From: Actinomycetota bacterium
GTDB lineage: Bacteria > Actinomycetota > UBA4738 > CALAEC01
Direction: 5' to 3'
NCBI GenBank assembly: GCA_036000545.1
Contig: DASYVD010000004.1
Location: 1,260-65,259, forward strand
DNA length: 64,000 bases
In this document: positions 49,608 to 60,174 of the stretch, one piece after another
How the letters are laid out: each line of letters starts with the position of its first letter
Numbering within the stretch: position 1 is the stretch's first letter
Notes under the pieces: generated by a model
What the model saw: the letters and a program-made list of their open reading frames with translations, nothing else
What the model was told of the DNA's origin: nothing
Database searches by the model: none
Translations under genes and position numbers: made by a program

Positions 49608-50422
49608 GCGCGACGACTGTTCCCGCTTCCCCGCCGTTCGAGCATCGGGGACTGCACCGCGTTGCCGGAGCGATCTCGGATGGGCTGACGCTCACGTGGC
49701 GCTACCTGATCCACTATCGGCGGGTTCCCCAACTGCTCGTGTTCTCCACGATCCAGCCGGTGATCTTCGTGTTGCTGTTCCGGTACGTCTTCGGTGGGGC
49801 CATCCATATACCAGGGGGGGTGCCCTACGTCGACTTCCTCATACCCGGCATCTTCGTCCAGACGGCCGTGTTCGGCGCGATCGCCGCCGCCATCGGCCTG
49901 GCCGCCGATTTCAAGACCGGGGTGATCGAGCGGTTCCATGCTCTCCCTATGGCCCGCTCGGCTCTTCTGGTTGGCCGGACTACCGCGGACCTGACGCGGA
50001 ACGTCTTCGTGACAGTCCTCATGGCCGCGGTGGGATTCGCCGTGGGGTTCCGCATCCACACGAACGCGCTGGCCTTCGTGGCCAGCCTGGCCGTGCTGCT
50101 GTTCTTCGGCTACGCGATGTCTTGGATCTTCGCCACGGTGGGGCTGGCCGTCGGCGATCCGGAGACCGCCCAGGCGGCCGCGTTCCCTGTCATGGCCCCG
50201 CTGGTTTTCGCGTCATCGGCATTCGTGCCGGTCGACACGATGCCCGGGTGGCTCCAGGTCTTCGCAGAGCATCAGCCGGTCTCGGTGACGGCTTCGGCCG
50301 TTCGGGCGCTGGTGCTGGGAGGGCCGACGGCCTCGTACGTCCTGCAATCGCTGGCGTGGAGCGCGGGCCTCCTGCTGGTGTTCGCGCCACTCGCCGTTCG
50401 CCGGTACCGCCGGGCAGTGTGA
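49604..50422 (+). CDS. ABC-2 type transporter permease
   Basis: It is a 6-TM ABC-2 family permease. It overlaps the ATPase stop by 4 nt. Confidence 0.8.
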   Translation: MSATTVPASPPFEHRGLHRVAGAISDGLTLTWRYLIHYRRVPQLLVFSTIQPVIFVLLFRYVFGGAIHIPGGVPYVDFLIPGIFVQTAVFGAIAAAIGLAADFKTGVIERFHALPMARSALLVGRTTADLTRNVFVTVLMAAVGFAVGFRIHTNALAFVASLAVLLFFGYAMSWIFATVGLAVGDPETAQAAAFPVMAPLVFASSAFVPVDTMPGWLQVFAEHQPVSVTASAVRALVLGGPTASYVLQSLAWSAGLLLVFAPLAVRRYRRAV

Positions 50423-50442
50423 TCCACGGGAGGAGGCATCCA

Positions 50443-50730
50443 TTGCGGGCATACGTTCTGATCCAGACAGAGCCGGAGACGGAACGCGTCACCGATCAGC
50501 TCCGAGCCGTCCCGGGAGTGCTCTTCGCTGACGATGTCACCGGAGCCTACGACGCCGTCGCCGTGGCCCAGTCCAGCTCGATGCGCCACCTGACGGAGGT
50601 CGTCCTGCCGGAGATCCGCAACGTCCCCGGCGTCACGCGGGCGCTTCCCGCCCCCGTGCTCGACGGCTCGGAGCGGGATCGGGAGACCGAGCCGTCCGGA
50701 AAGGCCTCCGCCACTGTTCGGGCCGCCTGA
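50443..50730 (+). CDS. Standalone Lrp/AsnC ligand-binding (RAM) domain protein
   Basis: It is about 95 aa (LRAYVLIQTEPETERVTDQLRAVPGVLFADDVTGAYDAVAVAQ...). The TTG start has a GGGAGGAGG RBS 6 nt upstream. An alternative GTG at 50419 overlaps the permease stop. Confidence 0.55.
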   Translation: MRAYVLIQTEPETERVTDQLRAVPGVLFADDVTGAYDAVAVAQSSSMRHLTEVVLPEIRNVPGVTRALPAPVLDGSERDRETEPSGKASATVRAA

Positions 50731-51009
50731 GCGGATAATCCGGATGTGGGCTGGTGGGAGGAGCCACGGAACGACTGGATGCACGGGTCCTGGTACCCCG
50801 TTCGGGCTCGCGGCCAACGGCACCGTGATGCTCGCCTTTCACGCCGGGGACGGATCCTCTGGTCCGTGGTCTTCGTTACTTGGGGCTGCCGTCGTCGCCC
50901 CCATAGCGCTCGCGATGCTCGACGGGATCTGACCGGCTCGCGCCGACCCCAAAAAGAGTGACAAAAACGCGCGAAGGCTTGCGCCCCGGCGGCCCGTTGA
51001 TATAGAAAT

Positions 51010-51053
51010 GCTTCGGAACCGCTGGAGTCTTCGGACTCCGGCGGTTCCGTTTT
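51010..51053. terminator. Bidirectional intrinsic terminator-like hairpin
   Basis: CGGAACCGCTGGAGTC-TTCG-GACTCCGGCGGTTCCG forms a 15-16 bp stem followed by TTTTCC. It lies about 110 nt beyond the sensor kinase stop. Confidence 0.5.
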
Positions 51054-51163
51054 CCGGGTCGTTCGCCCTCCCGACCGACCTCCTAGCCGGAGGATGGACG
51101 TCCTCGTCCGGTGCCGGGGGTCCGCTGGCCGGACTCGCCAATGCCTTCTCGCTCCCGGGCCAG

Positions 51164-52378
51164 CTACCCCCCCGGACCCCCCTCCGGTACCCACACCGCA
51201 AAGCGTGACCCCTCGGCCAGGCTGCTCCGGACCTCGATCCGCCCTCCAAGGGACTCAACGATCTTCTTGGCGAGGGCGAGCCCCAGTCCCGAGCCGTCGC
51301 CCGACCGCGACGCATCCGCCTGCCAGAACGGCTCGAACACGTGCGCCAGGGCGTCCGGGGCGATCCCCTCGCCGGTGTCCTCCACGGTCACCTCGACCCC
51401 GCTCCGGTCCCAGCTCGCCTCGATCCGCACGGTGCCGTCGGCGGGGGTGTGGCGGATCGCGTTGTGCAGGAGGTTCTGAAGGACGCGAAGGAGCCGAGGC
51501 GAGCACAGGGCGCCCGCCGCCGGGGCCACCGACGTCTCCAGAACCAGGCCCTTCTCCCGAGCTTGGCCCTGGAGATCCGCGACCGCCGACCGCACCAGTT
51601 GGCCGAGGGGGATCCGGTCCGTCTCGCGCTCGATGGCCCCCGCGTCGATCTGAGCCAGCTCGAAGAGGTCGTCCACGAGGTGGGACAGCGAGCCCACGGC
51701 CCTCCGCATCTCCCGCGCGTACCGCCGGAGGCTGGGCGGGTCGCCCACCACACCCTCGTCGATGGCCTCGACCATGGCCCTGAGGCCGGCCAGCGGGGTA
51801 CGCAGGTCGTGCGACACAGCGGTGATGAGATCGCGGCGGCGAGCCTCCAGATCGCGCTCCCGGGAGATCGACGCTTGGAGTCGCTCGGCCATCTCGTCGA
51901 GCGTCCGGCCCAGGTCACCGAGCTCGGAATCGGCGACAATCGGCCCGACCCGCGCCGTGAGGTCTCCCCGGGCCAGCTCCTCGGCCGTGCCGGTGACCCG
52001 GCGCAGCGCGGCAACCGTGGTGCGCGTGAGCGCCAGCGCGGCGCCGATTCCGACTACAGCGGAGGACGCCAGGACCACGGCGACCAGCGAGGCGTCGTGC
52101 CGGCTCACGAACATCAGCGCGGCGACCGCTCCGAGCATCGAGAGGGCCACGACGACGCCGACGACGGCCACGGCCAGGAACCGATGGCGGAGGGAGGAGC
52201 CGGCGAGCCACCGGGACCCCACCGCCGTCAAGAGCACGAGAACCACGGCGGAGGCCGCGAGCGTCAGCACCAGCTGGGCGACGTCCGAGGTCGGCATTCC
52301 CACGAGGGCGCCGCCGGCCAGCGTGGCGAGCGCACCCACAGCCGCGGTGACCCCCACCAGGGCGAGCCCGCTCCTCAT
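51164..52378 (-). CDS. Sensor histidine kinase (2 TM, HAMP, HisKA, HATPase)
   Basis: The H-box is AVSHDLRTPLAGL. The N/G boxes are LLHNAIRHT and DTGEGI...GSGLGLAL. The ATG overlaps the response regulator stop (ATGA). Confidence 0.8.
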   Translation of the reverse strand: MRSGLALVGVTAAVGALATLAGGALVGMPTSDVAQLVLTLAASAVVLVLLTAVGSRWLAGSSLRHRFLAVAVVGVVVALSMLGAVAALMFVSRHDASLVAVVLASSAVVGIGAALALTRTTVAALRRVTGTAEELARGDLTARVGPIVADSELGDLGRTLDEMAERLQASISRERDLEARRRDLITAVSHDLRTPLAGLRAMVEAIDEGVVGDPPSLRRYAREMRRAVGSLSHLVDDLFELAQIDAGAIERETDRIPLGQLVRSAVADLQGQAREKGLVLETSVAPAAGALCSPRLLRVLQNLLHNAIRHTPADGTVRIEASWDRSGVEVTVEDTGEGIAPDALAHVFEPFWQADASRSGDGSGLGLALAKKIVESLGGRIEVRSSLAEGSRFAVWVPEGGPGG

Positions 52379-53073
52379 GGCTCGAAGCGGTAGCCGACGC
52401 CCCATATGGTCATCAGGTGGCGGGGGCGGGATGGGTCGGCCTCGATCTTCTCCCGGATCCGGCGGATGTGGACCGTGACCGTCGAAGAGTCACCCTCCCA
52501 TGCGAAGTCCCACACCTGCTCGAGCAACTGGAGCCTCTTGAACACCACGCCGGGGTTGGACGCCAGCAGGTGAAGGAGGTCGAACTCCTTTCGGGTGAGG
52601 TGCACGGCTTCCCCCCGAGCCCGAACGTCCCTGCGTTCCACGTCGATCTCGAGATCCTCGAACCGCAACGGGGGAGTCGGGCCCTCCGCGGCCGGGCTCG
52701 CGGTGCGACGAAGCACCGCCCGCACCCGGGCCACGACCTCCCGCGGGGAGAACGGTTTGGTGACGTAGTCGTCTGCGCCGAGCTCAAGGCCGACGATGCG
52801 ATCGGTTTCCTCGCCCTTAGCCGTCAGCATGATGACGGCCGGAAACGGTGACGGGATCGCGTCACGCATCCGACGGAACACCTCCAGCCCGTCGATGCGC
52901 GGAAGCATCAGGTCGAGGATGACCACGTCCGGCCGGGCCCGCTCGACCGCGGAGAGGGCCCGCTCCCCGTCCTCGGCCGCCTCCACGTCGAAGCCCTCCC
53001 GGGCCAGGTAGCGCGACAGCACCTCGCGCACGATCGGCTCGTCGTCGACGACCAGCACCCTTGCTCCGGTCAC
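52375..53073 (-). CDS. OmpR-family response regulator
   Basis: The receiver is RVLVVDDEPIVREVL...DVVILDLMLPRIDGLEV and a winged-helix output is LTRKEFDLLHLLASNPGVVF...MTIWGVGYRF. The start was trimmed to a GTG from the ORF 52375..53523. Confidence 0.8.
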   Translation of the reverse strand: MTGARVLVVDDEPIVREVLSRYLAREGFDVEAAEDGERALSAVERARPDVVILDLMLPRIDGLEVFRRMRDAIPSPFPAVIMLTAKGEETDRIVGLELGADDYVTKPFSPREVVARVRAVLRRTASPAAEGPTPPLRFEDLEIDVERRDVRARGEAVHLTRKEFDLLHLLASNPGVVFKRLQLLEQVWDFAWEGDSSTVTVHIRRIREKIEADPSRPRHLMTIWGVGYRFEP

Positions 53074-53217
53074 ACCACAGATTGTGGCCCACGGAGGTTG
53101 CGAAAGTCTTACGACCCATAGGCCTCCGGAGAATTCCGCAACCCGTAACGGTCCTGAAAGGGTCCGGCAAGATCCCTCCTCCACACTTGCGGCCATCCGA
53201 CCACGAAGGAGGGAACG

Positions 53218-53655
53218 ATGATCCGCAAGACCGTGGTGCTGGCGGTGGCTCTCGCCGCCGTCGCGCTGTCGGCGGGGATCGCTCGGGCGGGTGTGGGCGG
53301 CCCGGCGTTCTACGTCGACGGCGTCATCTATCGCACGGTCGGCACCCCGACCGATCTCTCGGGCACCGGAGCCCCGGAGCACAGCTTCGACACCATCTAC
53401 CAGTTCTTCGGCCTCCAGCTGAACGTCGCTACCGCAGCGCCCGGAGACCCCGGCTACAACGGAGGGCGGTGGATGGTGCACGGCCTGTCGTTCTCCGACT
53501 ACGCCGCCGCGGTCGCCGCCCACGACGCCAACGGCAGCGGCAACTTCGACAGTGACGAGGAGGTGGCCGCGGCACTAGCGTCCGGAGCGGCCTCCGACAT
53601 CGGGATCGTCAAGATGTTCGAGTGCCCGGTGATCCCGCTGCCACGAAGCGGCTGA
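53218..53655 (+). CDS. Small secreted hypothetical protein
   Basis: The signal peptide is MIRKTVVLAVALAAVALSAGIARA. The protein is 145 aa with no recognisable domain. Confidence 0.5.
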   Translation: MIRKTVVLAVALAAVALSAGIARAGVGGPAFYVDGVIYRTVGTPTDLSGTGAPEHSFDTIYQFFGLQLNVATAAPGDPGYNGGRWMVHGLSFSDYAAAVAAHDANGSGNFDSDEEVAAALASGAASDIGIVKMFECPVIPLPRSG

Positions 53656-53689
53656 CCTGAGAGCTCACCCTTGGTGGAGGCCGGCGGCG

Positions 53690-54450
53690 TCAGCGCCGGC
53701 CTGCCACCAGGTCGTGGCGCGGAAGCAGATCCTGGGCGCGGCCCAGTACCGCGCCCGGTAGCCTTCCCTCATCGAGGTCGAAGCGGTCAGCGAACCGGTC
53801 GAGGATGGCTCCCGCGACGTCGTCCCAGCCCGTCCCCGGGACCTCCTCTTCCACGCTTCCGACGGTCGCCGGATCCCACGGCAGCTCCAGCGCGGCGTAG
53901 ACGGGCACTAGGACGTCTCGCACGCGGTCGGCGCCGGAGACGACGACCACCCCTCCGACGTGCGCGGCGCGGGCCACGACCCGCTGGCCCACGCCCATGA
54001 GCTTCTTCTCCCCTCGGGCGTTCACGCTGTGCTCCCCGGGGCAGTACTCGCCCGGGACCTCTCCGATCCTGGCATCGACGCCAAGCGATCCCAGCGCCTC
54101 CGCGACGATTTCGGCCAGCTCGTCGAACCGCGCTCGGATCCCTTCTCGAGGTGACGGATCCGGGATGGCCCAGGAGAAGGCCACGGTGCCTTGATGGAAT
54201 ACCGCAGCCCGCCCCCCGGCCAGCCGCTCGACCGCCGCGAAACCCCGTGCCCGGGCGGCCGCCATGGCTGCGGGTGCTCCCGGCTCGACGAGGTCGCGGG
54301 GGCCGAACGCCACGATCGCCGCCGGGCGGTGGAGCCGGAGCGTCTCGGGAAGGCTCCCTTCGCTCACGAGCTCCAGGGTGGCCCGGGAGACCGCGGTATC
54401 CAGAGCGGGCGGGTCCGGATAGGAATCCCGCACAAGCAGGATCCTTCGCT
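53690..54450 (-). CDS. Lipoate-protein ligase / octanoyltransferase family (BPL_LplA_LipB catalytic domain) protein
   Basis: The catalytic-domain pattern is ...AVFHQGTVAFSW...GEYCPGEHSVNARGEKKLMGVGQRV. The start was trimmed to a GTG from the ORF 53690..54745. Confidence 0.6.
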
Positions 54451-54563
54451 TGGTCACGAAACCAGTCTCTACCCCCGGCGCCGGATCCGTCCGGCGAGCG
54501 CGATCGCCCGTTCGGATCGTCGCCCCCGCCGCGCTCGCTGTGCTATATGGGGCCGAGCCCGAA

Positions 54564-54635
54564 GGGGGGTCCGGGGAGAGTAGCTCGCCCGGAGGGGGCG
54601 ATGCGTGAAGTGGGACAGCGAGCGGTCCCCCGGAG
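54564..54635. repeat. Dispersed GC-rich hairpin repeat, copy 2
   Basis: The sequence is GGGGGGTCCGGGGAGAGTAGCTCGCCCGGAG-N22-AGCGAGCGGTCCCCCGGAG. It lies in the divergent gap between the lplA-like gene and the pyruvyl transferase gene. Confidence 0.7.
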
Positions 54636-54650
54636 TGATAAGGGAGCCGG

Positions 54651-56225
54651 ATGCGGGAACGTCGGGGAAGCCGAGCATCGGAACGGTCGTCCAGGCGGTC
54701 CTCGCGCGCCGGGGCGTCCCGGACGAAGCCGGCCCGCAGAGCCACGAAGCCTCGGCGTGAGCCCTCCGCGCGGGAAGCGCCCCGCTCCGCCCGGGCGGCC
54801 GGGCCCCGTATCGGGCTGTGGGGGACCTTCGACCTTGAGAACTACGAAGACATGCTGTTCCCCCGCATCCTCGAGGAGGAGCTGGGCCGGCGGATTCCCG
54901 ACGCCCACATCCGGGTCTTCGCTCCGGTCGGCTACACGGGACTGAACCGCTTCGAGGAGCGGGAGCCGGCGGAGCCTCTGGGCCCGTGGAGCCCGGAGCG
55001 CGTGACCGAGCTGGCCGGCGATCTCGACTGCGTGGTAATCGGCCCCGGCGAGATCATCCACGGCCGCGACGAGCTCCTGAGTCCCCACTACGGCCTGACG
55101 CCGGCCGAGATGCGGCGACGGGCCCCGAGCCGCTTCTTCCTGGGCGGCCTCGGTCCCGACCTCGAGCGCGAGTGCCCGGTCGTGTGGTCCGCCGTGGGGA
55201 TCCCCTTCGACTTCCGGGCGAGAGAGGCGGCTCGGGCCCGGGAGTCTCTGGCGAGCCGGCCGATCGTCTCGGTCCGCGATGAAGTTTCGCGGCGTCGCCT
55301 CCGCAAGGCCGGCGTGGATCGGGAAGTCGAGGTGGTGCCGGATCCCGCGTTCCTCGGTTCGCGGCTGTTCCCCCCGCCTCTCCTCGAGAAGCGCCTTGCT
55401 CAGCTCCGGGCTACCGGCGTCTACCCCGAGCAGCCTCCCCTGGTCGTGCAGGGCAACGCGGCGAGCATCTTCCAGGTCCAGGGGCTCGCGTCCGCACTGG
55501 AACGCCTCCGCGAGGAACGGGAGATCGCGAGGGTCGTCCTCGTGGAGACGGGCCCTTGCCACGGAGACGGGGAGTTCGCTCGGGCGCTGGAAGAGGCGAT
55601 GCCGGGCACGGTCAGACTCCCGTCGGCCGGCCTGGCCGACGTGACCGCTGCGATCGCCGCGTCCGCCGGGTTCATCGGAACCTCGCTGCACGGGAACATC
55701 ACCGCGCTCACCTTCGACCGGCCCCACCTCGTTCTGGCCTGGGGCGGGGAAACGAAGCTCGAGGGATTCGCCGAGGCCATCGACAATCTCGACTGCTTGG
55801 TGGAGCGGGCAGAGGACGTTCCAGGGGCGTTCGAGAAGGTCGCCGCCCTGGGCTCCCGGACCGACATCGTGGCCGATCTCGCCCGGCGGGTGGACGCCCA
55901 TCTCGACCGGGTTGCCGAGGTCGCGGTGACAGCCACAGCCCGCCGCGAGCGTCCCCCGGCCGCGGCCTCTCTCGCCGAGCAACTCGAGCTGCTGCGGCGG
56001 GCATACGAGCGGCGAGGACGGTTGCTGGTGGCCCAGCGGTGGACCCTGGCCGACCGGTTCGCCGACCTCGACGCGGAGATCGCCGCGTTGAGGGAGGAGA
56101 TCGCCCGGCTCGAGCGGGAGGTGGGCGGAAGGGCCGGGGAGCTCGAGCGCCTCCTCAATACCAAGACGTTCCGGTACACCAGCGCCCTCAGGCGCCTGTA
56201 CGGGAGCCTCCGCCGAGGCCGCTGA
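54651..56225 (+). CDS. Polysaccharide pyruvyl transferase family protein (CsaB-like) with a C-terminal coiled coil; start uncertain
   Basis: The PS_pyruv_trans core starts IGLWGTFDLENYEDMLFPRILEEEL. There is no canonical start just upstream, so either ATG 54651 adds an about 50-aa Arg/Ser-rich N-terminus or the start is non-canonical near 54810. Confidence 0.6.
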   Translation: MRERRGSRASERSSRRSSRAGASRTKPARRATKPRREPSAREAPRSARAAGPRIGLWGTFDLENYEDMLFPRILEEELGRRIPDAHIRVFAPVGYTGLNRFEEREPAEPLGPWSPERVTELAGDLDCVVIGPGEIIHGRDELLSPHYGLTPAEMRRRAPSRFFLGGLGPDLERECPVVWSAVGIPFDFRAREAARARESLASRPIVSVRDEVSRRRLRKAGVDREVEVVPDPAFLGSRLFPPPLLEKRLAQLRATGVYPEQPPLVVQGNAASIFQVQGLASALERLREEREIARVVLVETGPCHGDGEFARALEEAMPGTVRLPSAGLADVTAAIAASAGFIGTSLHGNITALTFDRPHLVLAWGGETKLEGFAEAIDNLDCLVERAEDVPGAFEKVAALGSRTDIVADLARRVDAHLDRVAEVAVTATARRERPPAAASLAEQLELLRRAYERRGRLLVAQRWTLADRFADLDAEIAALREEIARLEREVGGRAGELERLLNTKTFRYTSALRRLYGSLRRGR

Positions 56226-57595
56226 TGACGGTCCTGTCCCTTCCCCCGGTCGACCGTCCTCTGCTGACGGTGGTCATGGTGACCTACGGGGGATGGGACT
56301 GGCCCCGGCGGGCCCTCGAGTCGCTGCGCGCGCACACCGATCCGATCTACGAGGTCGTCGTGGTCGACAACGCGTCACCCGACGAGACGGCGCAGCGGCT
56401 CCGGGACGAGATCCGGGGGGCCAGGCTGATCTTCAACGACCGGAATCTGGGGTTCGCCGTTGCCGCCAACCAGGGCGCCGGCGAAGCGACCGGCAGATAC
56501 CTGTGCTTCCTCAACCCGGACGCGCTGGTCCAGCCGGGGTGGTTTCCCCCGCTGGTCGAGACGCTGGAGACCTTCGCCCAGGCCGGCGCGGTGGTGCCGA
56601 GATTCCTGGCCCCCGACGGGACCGTGGAGGAGGCGGGATCCCTGGTGGACCGGGAAGCCCGGACGCTCGCGTACGGGCGGGGCGGGAGCGCGGACGACTC
56701 TCAGTACCGGTTCCGCCGGGTGATCGACTACGGCTCGGCCGCCTGCCTGGTCTTGCCGGCGTGGACGTTCCGGCGGGCCGGCGGGTTCGACCCAGTGTTC
56801 CAGCCCGCCTACTGCGAGGATGTGGACCTCTTGCTCACGCTCCGCGCGATGGGCCTCTCCACGGTGTACGACCCGCGCTCCACGGTCGTCCACGTGGGGG
56901 CCGGGTCGAGCGACGACGTGGTCCGAGGAACCCTGATCGACCGCAATCGCCCCATTCTCCTGGCTCGCTGGGCGCAGGCTCTAGCGGACCGCCCAACCCT
57001 CCTCGAGCTTGACGACCACCCGCAGCGGGTGGTCGCGGTTCGGGACGCGGGGATCACCGATCGCCTGCTGATCACCGTCGACGGCGTGGGCCGGGAACGA
57101 CTTGAGTCGCTGGCGGGTCACTTGGCCGAAGCCCGTCCCGACCTCAGGGTCACGCTTCTGCGCGTGGCCCGGCCGGACGGAAACCCTCCGGGCCCGGGGG
57201 ACGAGGAGCTCTTGGCGAAGGGGATCGAAGAGGCGGCTCCCGCCGACCCAGCCGGGTGGCTAGACGCGCGGCGCCTTCACTACACGGCGGCTATCCTCGA
57301 CGGGCCTCGGGTGACCGCTCGGCTCGATCCGAGCCTCCGCCGCAGCCACCCGGAGATCCTGCGGGCCTACATCGCCGCCGACGGCGTGGACGGCGACCCT
57401 GCCCATCCTCGAGGCGCCTCCGGGTGGCGATCGTCCGAAGTCTCCGCGATGCGCGAAGCGAGCGCGGTCCTCTGTCGAAGCGAGGCTGGACGGCGCACGG
57501 CGCGTATCGTTGCCCCGGACGTGCCGACGTTCATGCTCGAAGAGCTGGGGGGAGGCGACGAGCTCCTTTCACTACTGGGGATCGCTCCGCGCTAG
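56225..57595 (+). CDS. Family-2 glycosyltransferase with an about 200-aa uncharacterised C-terminal domain
   Basis: The GT-A fold reads LLTVVMVTYGGWDWPRRALESL...VVVVDNASPDET...DxD-like NPDA. The ATG overlaps the pyruvyl transferase stop (TGATG). Confidence 0.75.
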   Translation: MTVLSLPPVDRPLLTVVMVTYGGWDWPRRALESLRAHTDPIYEVVVVDNASPDETAQRLRDEIRGARLIFNDRNLGFAVAANQGAGEATGRYLCFLNPDALVQPGWFPPLVETLETFAQAGAVVPRFLAPDGTVEEAGSLVDREARTLAYGRGGSADDSQYRFRRVIDYGSAACLVLPAWTFRRAGGFDPVFQPAYCEDVDLLLTLRAMGLSTVYDPRSTVVHVGAGSSDDVVRGTLIDRNRPILLARWAQALADRPTLLELDDHPQRVVAVRDAGITDRLLITVDGVGRERLESLAGHLAEARPDLRVTLLRVARPDGNPPGPGDEELLAKGIEEAAPADPAGWLDARRLHYTAAILDGPRVTARLDPSLRRSHPEILRAYIAADGVDGDPAHPRGASGWRSSEVSAMREASAVLCRSEAGRRTARIVAPDVPTFMLEELGGGDELLSLLGIAPR

Positions 57596-57797
57596 TCAGT
57601 CCGCTCGAGGGCCCTCTCGCTCCGAGCCCGCCCTCTCCAAGAACCCCAAGCCCAGCAGCTTCGTCACCAGCGCCACGGCGCGGACAGGGAAGAGCATCGT
57701 ACCGGAGGACGCTCAGGTACCCGCCCCTACGGACGGTGTAGGCAAGACGGAGGGGGCGGAGCACCCCCTCCGTCACTCGATCAATGGTCGATCGGCC

Positions 57798-60065
57798 TTA
57801 CAGCTCCGCCCCGACTGGCACGCGTTCCTCCTCGATCACCTCGAAGGTGGGCTCGCGGCCTTCGACGTGGACCTCCGGGAGCCACCGCAGCCACCGTGGG
57901 AGGTACCAGTTCCAGTCGCCGAGCAGCCGCATCGAGGCGGGTACGAGAAGGGTCCGGACGATCGTGGCGTCCATGAGGACCGCGACCGCCAGACCGAAGC
58001 CCATCTGCTGGAGCGGACCGAGCCGGCCGGCCGCGAACCCGGTGAACACCGCGACCATGATCAGCGCGGCCCCGGTGATGATGCCGGCCGTGGTCCGCAG
58101 GCCGTAGGCGACGGCCTCCGTGTTGTCCCGGGTCTTGTCGTACTCCTCCCGAATCCTCGACAAGAGGAACACGTGGTAGTCCATGGACAGCCCGAACAGC
58201 ACCGAGAACAGGAACAGGGGCAGCCATGCCTCGATCGCCTCGACCTGCTGGAACTGGAACCCCAGAGCGTTGAAGAACCCGATGCCGAAGCCCTCCTGGA
58301 AGACCAGGGTCACGGCGCCGTACGCCGCCCCGACCGACAGCAGGTTCATGATGATGGCCTTCACCGGCACCACGATCGACCGGAACACCACGGTCAGCAG
58401 GATGAAGGACAGCCCCAGGACGAACGCGAGGACTGCCCACTGATACCGGTCGGCCACGTCGAGGAAGTCCGTGAAGAACGCGGTGTTCCCCCCGACGAGG
58501 ACCTCGACACCATCCGCACCCTCGAAGGCCGCAGGCACGATCGTGCTCCGCAGGTCGCGGATCCCCTGGAAGGCGGCTTCGTTGGAGGGGTCGCTCTTGA
58601 AGAAAGCGTCCACCACCACCGCGCTGCCGTCGCGACTGGCATTGACCTGCGTCTGGGGAGCGAACGCCTCATTGTCGGCGATGGCCTGCTGGAGCTCACC
58701 GATCGCTGCCTGCGCTGAGGTGCTCTCGACGTCGCCGGTGATCACGATCCTCGCCGGGTCGGTTACCCCACCGGCGAACTCCCGCTGCAGGGTCAGGAAG
58801 GCCTGCTTCGATCGGAAGTCGTCGGGCAACTGACTGACGTTCTGCGACGTTCCTCGATTGAGTTGGAAGTAGAAGGATCCCAGCCCGCCAAGGATGGCCA
58901 CCGACAGCAGGAGGTACACGACGGGATAGGCCATGACTCCGCGGGTGAGCCGGTCCCAGAACCCGCCCTTCGGGTCGTGACCGGAGTCGATCCGAGCCCG
59001 TCTGGCCAGCCGCGGCCAGTTCACGCGGTCGCCGAGCAGGCCAACGATCGCCGGGAGGAGAGTCATCGATGCGGCCAGGGACGCCAACGTCACGAGGATG
59101 GCACCGGACGCCAAACTGGCGAAGATGTTCGCAGGGATGATCAACATCCCGAGCAACGCGATCACCACGGTCAAGCCGCTGAAGAACACTGCCCGGTTCG
59201 CTGTGGCCCCGGCGGCGCCGATCGCCTCGAGCTTGGGGAAGCCCTTCTTCCGCTCCTCCCGGTAGCGGGACACGATGAACAGCGAGTAGTCGATGCCCAC
59301 CGCCAGGCCGATCATGGTGACCATGTTCGTCACGAACAGGTTGAAGCTCACCACCTGACCGATCAGGGATACCAGTCCGAGGGCAACCGCGATGGCGAAG
59401 AGGGCCATGACGATGGGGGCGATGGCCGCGACGACGGCGGCGAACACCACGATCAGCACGATCAGCGCGGCCCCGATGCCGATGGACTCTCCCCTTTGAA
59501 GGTCCTCCTCGGCGATCTCCGTGAAGTCCGCGAAGAGCACTCCTTGCCCGGCGACCTGGACGGTGAAACCGTCGGGCCGGCCCTGCTCTGCGACCGATCG
59601 CAGCTCCTCGATGGTGGACAGCTCGGTGTCCTTGAGGGCAACTGCGATGAGCGTGGCTCGCCCGTCCCGCGAGACCAGTCCGGCGGCCAGCTCTGGGGAT
59701 TGCTCCACGAGGTCGTAGTAGGTCATCGGCGGGCTCGCCAGGATCTCCCCGTCGAGCGTGGAGATCTCGTCCCGGAGCTCCTTGACGGCCTGCTCGAACC
59801 GGGCGTCCTCGATGGTGAGGGATCCGGACTGCACGATCACGAACTCGGTGTCCTCGGCGCCGTTCGTCTCGAACTTCTCGTCGATGACGTCTTGGGCTCG
59901 TACGGACTCAGGCTCGTTGGTGAACTCGAACTCTTGGCTGAGGACGTCCGCGAGCAGCCGGCTGCTGACGATCCCCATGCTCACGATCACGACCACCCAG
60001 ATGCCAATGGTCCGCCACGGGTGGCGGCTGCTGGCTCGGGCCAGCCGCTCGGGGCTCAGTCTCAT
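57798..60065 (-). CDS. MMPL family (RND superfamily) transporter
   Basis: It has 12 TM helices with two periplasmic porter domains and the MMPL signature regions. The start M13 has a GAGGAGGG RBS. Confidence 0.85.
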   Translation of the reverse strand: MRLSPERLARASSRHPWRTIGIWVVVIVSMGIVSSRLLADVLSQEFEFTNEPESVRAQDVIDEKFETNGAEDTEFVIVQSGSLTIEDARFEQAVKELRDEISTLDGEILASPPMTYYDLVEQSPELAAGLVSRDGRATLIAVALKDTELSTIEELRSVAEQGRPDGFTVQVAGQGVLFADFTEIAEEDLQRGESIGIGAALIVLIVVFAAVVAAIAPIVMALFAIAVALGLVSLIGQVVSFNLFVTNMVTMIGLAVGIDYSLFIVSRYREERKKGFPKLEAIGAAGATANRAVFFSGLTVVIALLGMLIIPANIFASLASGAILVTLASLAASMTLLPAIVGLLGDRVNWPRLARRARIDSGHDPKGGFWDRLTRGVMAYPVVYLLLSVAILGGLGSFYFQLNRGTSQNVSQLPDDFRSKQAFLTLQREFAGGVTDPARIVITGDVESTSAQAAIGELQQAIADNEAFAPQTQVNASRDGSAVVVDAFFKSDPSNEAAFQGIRDLRSTIVPAAFEGADGVEVLVGGNTAFFTDFLDVADRYQWAVLAFVLGLSFILLTVVFRSIVVPVKAIIMNLLSVGAAYGAVTLVFQEGFGIGFFNALGFQFQQVEAIEAWLPLFLFSVLFGLSMDYHVFLLSRIREEYDKTRDNTEAVAYGLRTTAGIITGAALIMVAVFTGFAAGRLGPLQQMGFGLAVAVLMDATIVRTLLVPASMRLLGDWNWYLPRWLRWLPEVHVEGREPTFEVIEEERVPVGAEL

Positions 60066-60174
60066 CAGGTCATCCCTCCTCAGCGGGCTTACGCTGTCCA
60101 CTTACGTCATACGTTGACGGCGTAAGCCTACGGGTGTACGATGTAAGTGTCAACCCCTAGAAGGTGAAATCTTG

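Noticed and set aside
54191-54583. 130-aa plus-strand ORF ending in the repeat-internal TAG
   Set aside because: It is antisense to the LplA-like gene and has Arg/Pro-rich composition. It is listed only as context for the repeat element.
58863-60125. 420-aa plus-strand ORF
   Set aside because: It is antisense to the MMPL transporter gene and is an His/Asp/Gly-rich artifact.
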